A stretch of 64,000 nucleotides of DNA, taken from contig NC_086108.1 in NCBI RefSeq assembly GCF_963921235.1, positions 99,264,001 to 99,328,000 of the forward strand, written 5' to 3'. How positions within the stretch are numbered: position 1 is the stretch's first letter; each line of letters starts with the position of its first letter. A program made the translations under genes and the position numbers. Below are positions 61,100-64,000 of this stretch, piece by piece. The notes beneath the pieces are model-generated. The model made no database searches, was not told the origin of the DNA, and saw nothing but the letters and a program-made list of their open reading frames with translations. The DNA is from Mobula hypostoma (Eukaryota).

Positions 61100-64000
61100 T
61101 TGATTTCAGACTCTTCGCTCGTCACCCTTCTTTATACAGACCAGATTGTATGCACTCGCAAGTCTAGCTTCAAGAATACTCTTGCACCTTGGAGAATTCC
61201 AAAGGCAGTGTTCATGAGTGGAAGGGGGTAACGATTCTTGGCCATTATGCAACTCAGCCCTTTATAGTCAACGCATGGCCACAGCCTCCTGTCCTTTTTC
61301 CGTATGAAGAAGAAGCCGGCACTGGCTAGTGAGGTGGAGGGCCGAATGAATCCCATGGGAAAAGCCTCCTTTAGATACTGCACCAAAGTGCTTCGCTCCG
61401 TCCTGAGAGTATGTATAATAGACCCCACACAGTACAAGTAACAGGCAGTAGGTTTATAGCACAATTGTAGGGTTGGTGAGGTGGAAGGGTTGATGCCTTT
61501 CCCTTGCTGAAGACCTCTTCCAAATCCTTGTAGACAGAAGGGATCCCTACCGGCTTGTGGGTGCTGCAATTCCTCCCAAACCTTCCTCTGAGGTCGACTT
61601 CTGAGGCTCCTTTGGTAGTGGGGGTGATTTAGCAGACCCCAGAGTCTCCTCTCTTGGTTCAAAAGAGTCTTTAGTGAAAACAGAAGGCAAATCACAGTCA
61701 AAATCCTTGTCCTTATCCTCAGACATGCATAGTGAGGTGAGACAAATGGTCTCTGTCTTGAATCTCTCCTGGCAACTGGAGCCCTTTGGCTGAGCTGCTG
61801 AAGTTCCAGAACTGCTTGGACACCTTTTGGTTTGCTCCTGAACTAGAGATCTGGTCCCAGCACAAATCTGACTGGACAGGATCGGGACTCACATGGGCCT
61901 CTTGGCTGGAGCTGGTTTGTCTTCCCTTGAAGGCAGAACTATGTTCCCTGAAGGCTCCAGGTTACCTTGAACAGAAGTCTGCCCCTCCATTGGCTGCTGA
62001 TCTTGGGTGAGTCGGGGTGTCGGAACACCAAGCCAAAAACATACCTTCTTGCAGCAAACAGACCATGCAATGATCCTCCCTTCCTTCCAGTTCACGGAAG
62101 GGTAATGCTGAGATACCCACGGGTGCCCGAGGATCAGGGACATGTGAGGAGACTCTGTGATATAGAAACTTATGTCCTCCGTATGATCCTCTATCCACAT
62201 CCGCAAGACCAACGTCTGCTGCTGGATCTGCGCGGAACCACGCGGAGCGCTGATAAAGACAGTTGGGGGCGTGGGCTGGTTCAACTCCTGCAGTGGTATG
62301 TTGAGCTGACGGGCAGTCCCCAAGTCTAAGAAATTTCCAGCTGCCCCAGGGTCCAGAAAAGGCTTTCAACTCTCATCGGTTCATACCACAGGAGATCTCC
62401 GCCCTCAGTGTGACACCAAAATCTGTGAGGTTGGGGGTAATGGCCGCTACTGTCACAATCCCCCCGACACTGGGTGTTCTTAACAGTTCTCCGGACAGCG
62501 GCAGCTTCGGACATTCAGTAGTCAGCAGGTGAGCTGTAACAGCAGCAACTTCGACTCCGACACAGGAAGCTCTCAATGGTGGAGATTTTTATGCAGCTGG
62601 TTTGCATGGGCTTGACAAGATATGATGGCAGAATATAGTATTAATGATAAGACTCTTGGCAGTGTGGAGGATCAGAGGGATCTTGGGGTCCAAGTCCATA
62701 GGACACTCAAAGCTGCTGAGCGGGTTGACTCTGTGGTTAAGAAGGCATACAGTGCACTGGTCCTCATCAACCGTGGGATTGAGTTTAAGAGCCTAGAGGT
62801 AATGTTGCAGCTATATAGGACCCTGGTCAGACCCCACTTGGAGTACTGTGCTCATTTCTGGTCGCCTCACTACAGGAAGGATGTGGAAGCCATAGAAAGG
62901 GTGCAGAGGAGATTTACAAGGATGTTGCCTGGATTGGGGAGCATGCCTTATGAGAATAGGTTGAGTGAACTTGGCCTTTTCTCCTGGGAGTGACGGAGGA
63001 TGAGAGGTGACCTAACAAAGGTGTATAAGATGATGAGAGGCATAGATCGTGTGGATAGTCAGAAGCTTTTTCCCAGGGCTGAAATGGTTGTCACAAGAGG
63101 ACACAGGTTTAAGGTGCTGGTGAGAGGGTACAGAGGAGAAGTCAGGGGTAAGTTTTTTCCTCAGAGAGTGGTGAGTGCGTGGAATGGGCCGCCGGCAACG
63201 GTAGTGGAGGCAGATATGATAGGGTCTTTTAAGAGACTTTTAGATAGGTACATGGAGGTTAGAAAAATAGAGGGCTATAGGTAAGCCTAATAATTTCTAA
63301 GGTAGGGACATGTTCGGCACAACTCTGTGGACCAAAGGGCCTGTATTGTGCTTTAGGTTTTCTATGTTTCTATCCCGAGCAGGAGATGTGGTGGGCATGT
63401 TCTGAGATTGAGGGGTGGAACTATAATGCGTTGAAGCTGGGCTCTTGATGTAGTCGCACTTTAGCTCTGCCAGACAATTATCGAGACGAATGGATTGTTC
63501 TATCAGAACCTGTAAGTCCTCTGCTGGTTTTCCTAAGGTGAGGGCCTCCATCCATTCATTTCGGAGTCCGTGGTGGTATAGAGTGGCCAAGGCCTCCCTG
63601 TTCCAGCCATCCTCGTGGGCCAAGGTTCGAAATTCGATCGCATATTCGGCCGCTGTCTGTCCACAGTGTCAGATCTTCACCAGGTGGTCTGAGGCTTGCT
63701 TGGCTCCAGCAGAGAGATAGATTTCTGAGCCATCAATTCCTCTGAACCTGAGCAAGTATCCGACCTGCATGCCGAATACGCGATGACCTAGACGAGGGTT
63801 CTTCCAGTCAGAGCAGAGATAACGAAGGCCAACTTTCTGCGCTCCAACGGGAACTGGGCCAGCTGGAGTTGAAACACTAGTGAGCATTATATGAGGAAGC
63901 CGTGGCAAGAACCCAGTTTACTGTCAAATCTCTCTGGGTTGGAAGACGTACTGACTCCGCTGAGTGACTTACTGTCTCTCCTGAGCGACTCTGAACTCCT
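61100..64000 (-). mobile_element. Decayed Ty3/Gypsy (sushi-like) retrotransposon gag-pro-RT, interrupted by CR1
   Basis: gag FRTLAHEDGWNREALATLYHHGL; protease LDPGAAGNFLD (62324-62356), LILGHPW; RT GFIRPSTS..AGFFFIRKKD..L.PCVDYKGL...KNRYPLPL...FLKLDLR. Confidence 0.92.
62620..63372 (+). mobile_element. Young CR1 3' end inserted in Gypsy gag
   Basis: [41 protein letters not shown]; tctatgtttcta tail. Confidence 0.93.

Overview
Eukaryotic, repeat-dense DNA. The repeat mix (CR1, Rex1/Babar, HE1-like V-SINEs, SacSINE1-like DeuSINEs, Penelope-like elements) suggests a cartilaginous fish, probably a ray; this is an inference. I recognise no intact host gene, and the ORF track is mostly decayed or antisense transposon sequence. 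Contents: many CR1, Rex1 and RTE fragments, one L1 3' end, two Penelope-like GIY-YIG remnants plus many short Penelope termini, at least five solo LTRs with target-site duplications (TSDs), a decayed sushi-type Gypsy element (61.1-64 kb), a Tc1 transposase remnant, and Tc1- and hAT-type MITEs. The strongest signal is RNA structure. The Penelope terminus carries a minimal type-I hammerhead ribozyme (core intact at 15692-15729), and several ~150-220 bp non-coding, TSD-flanked fold-back insertions consist of little more than that ribozyme and inverted arms. Two RTE-derived elements carry a twister-like fold. Repeat-free AT-rich islands may be conserved non-coding elements, and there is one candidate minus-strand exon. 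Family names are by eye; boundaries of old repeats are approximate unless a TSD is quoted.
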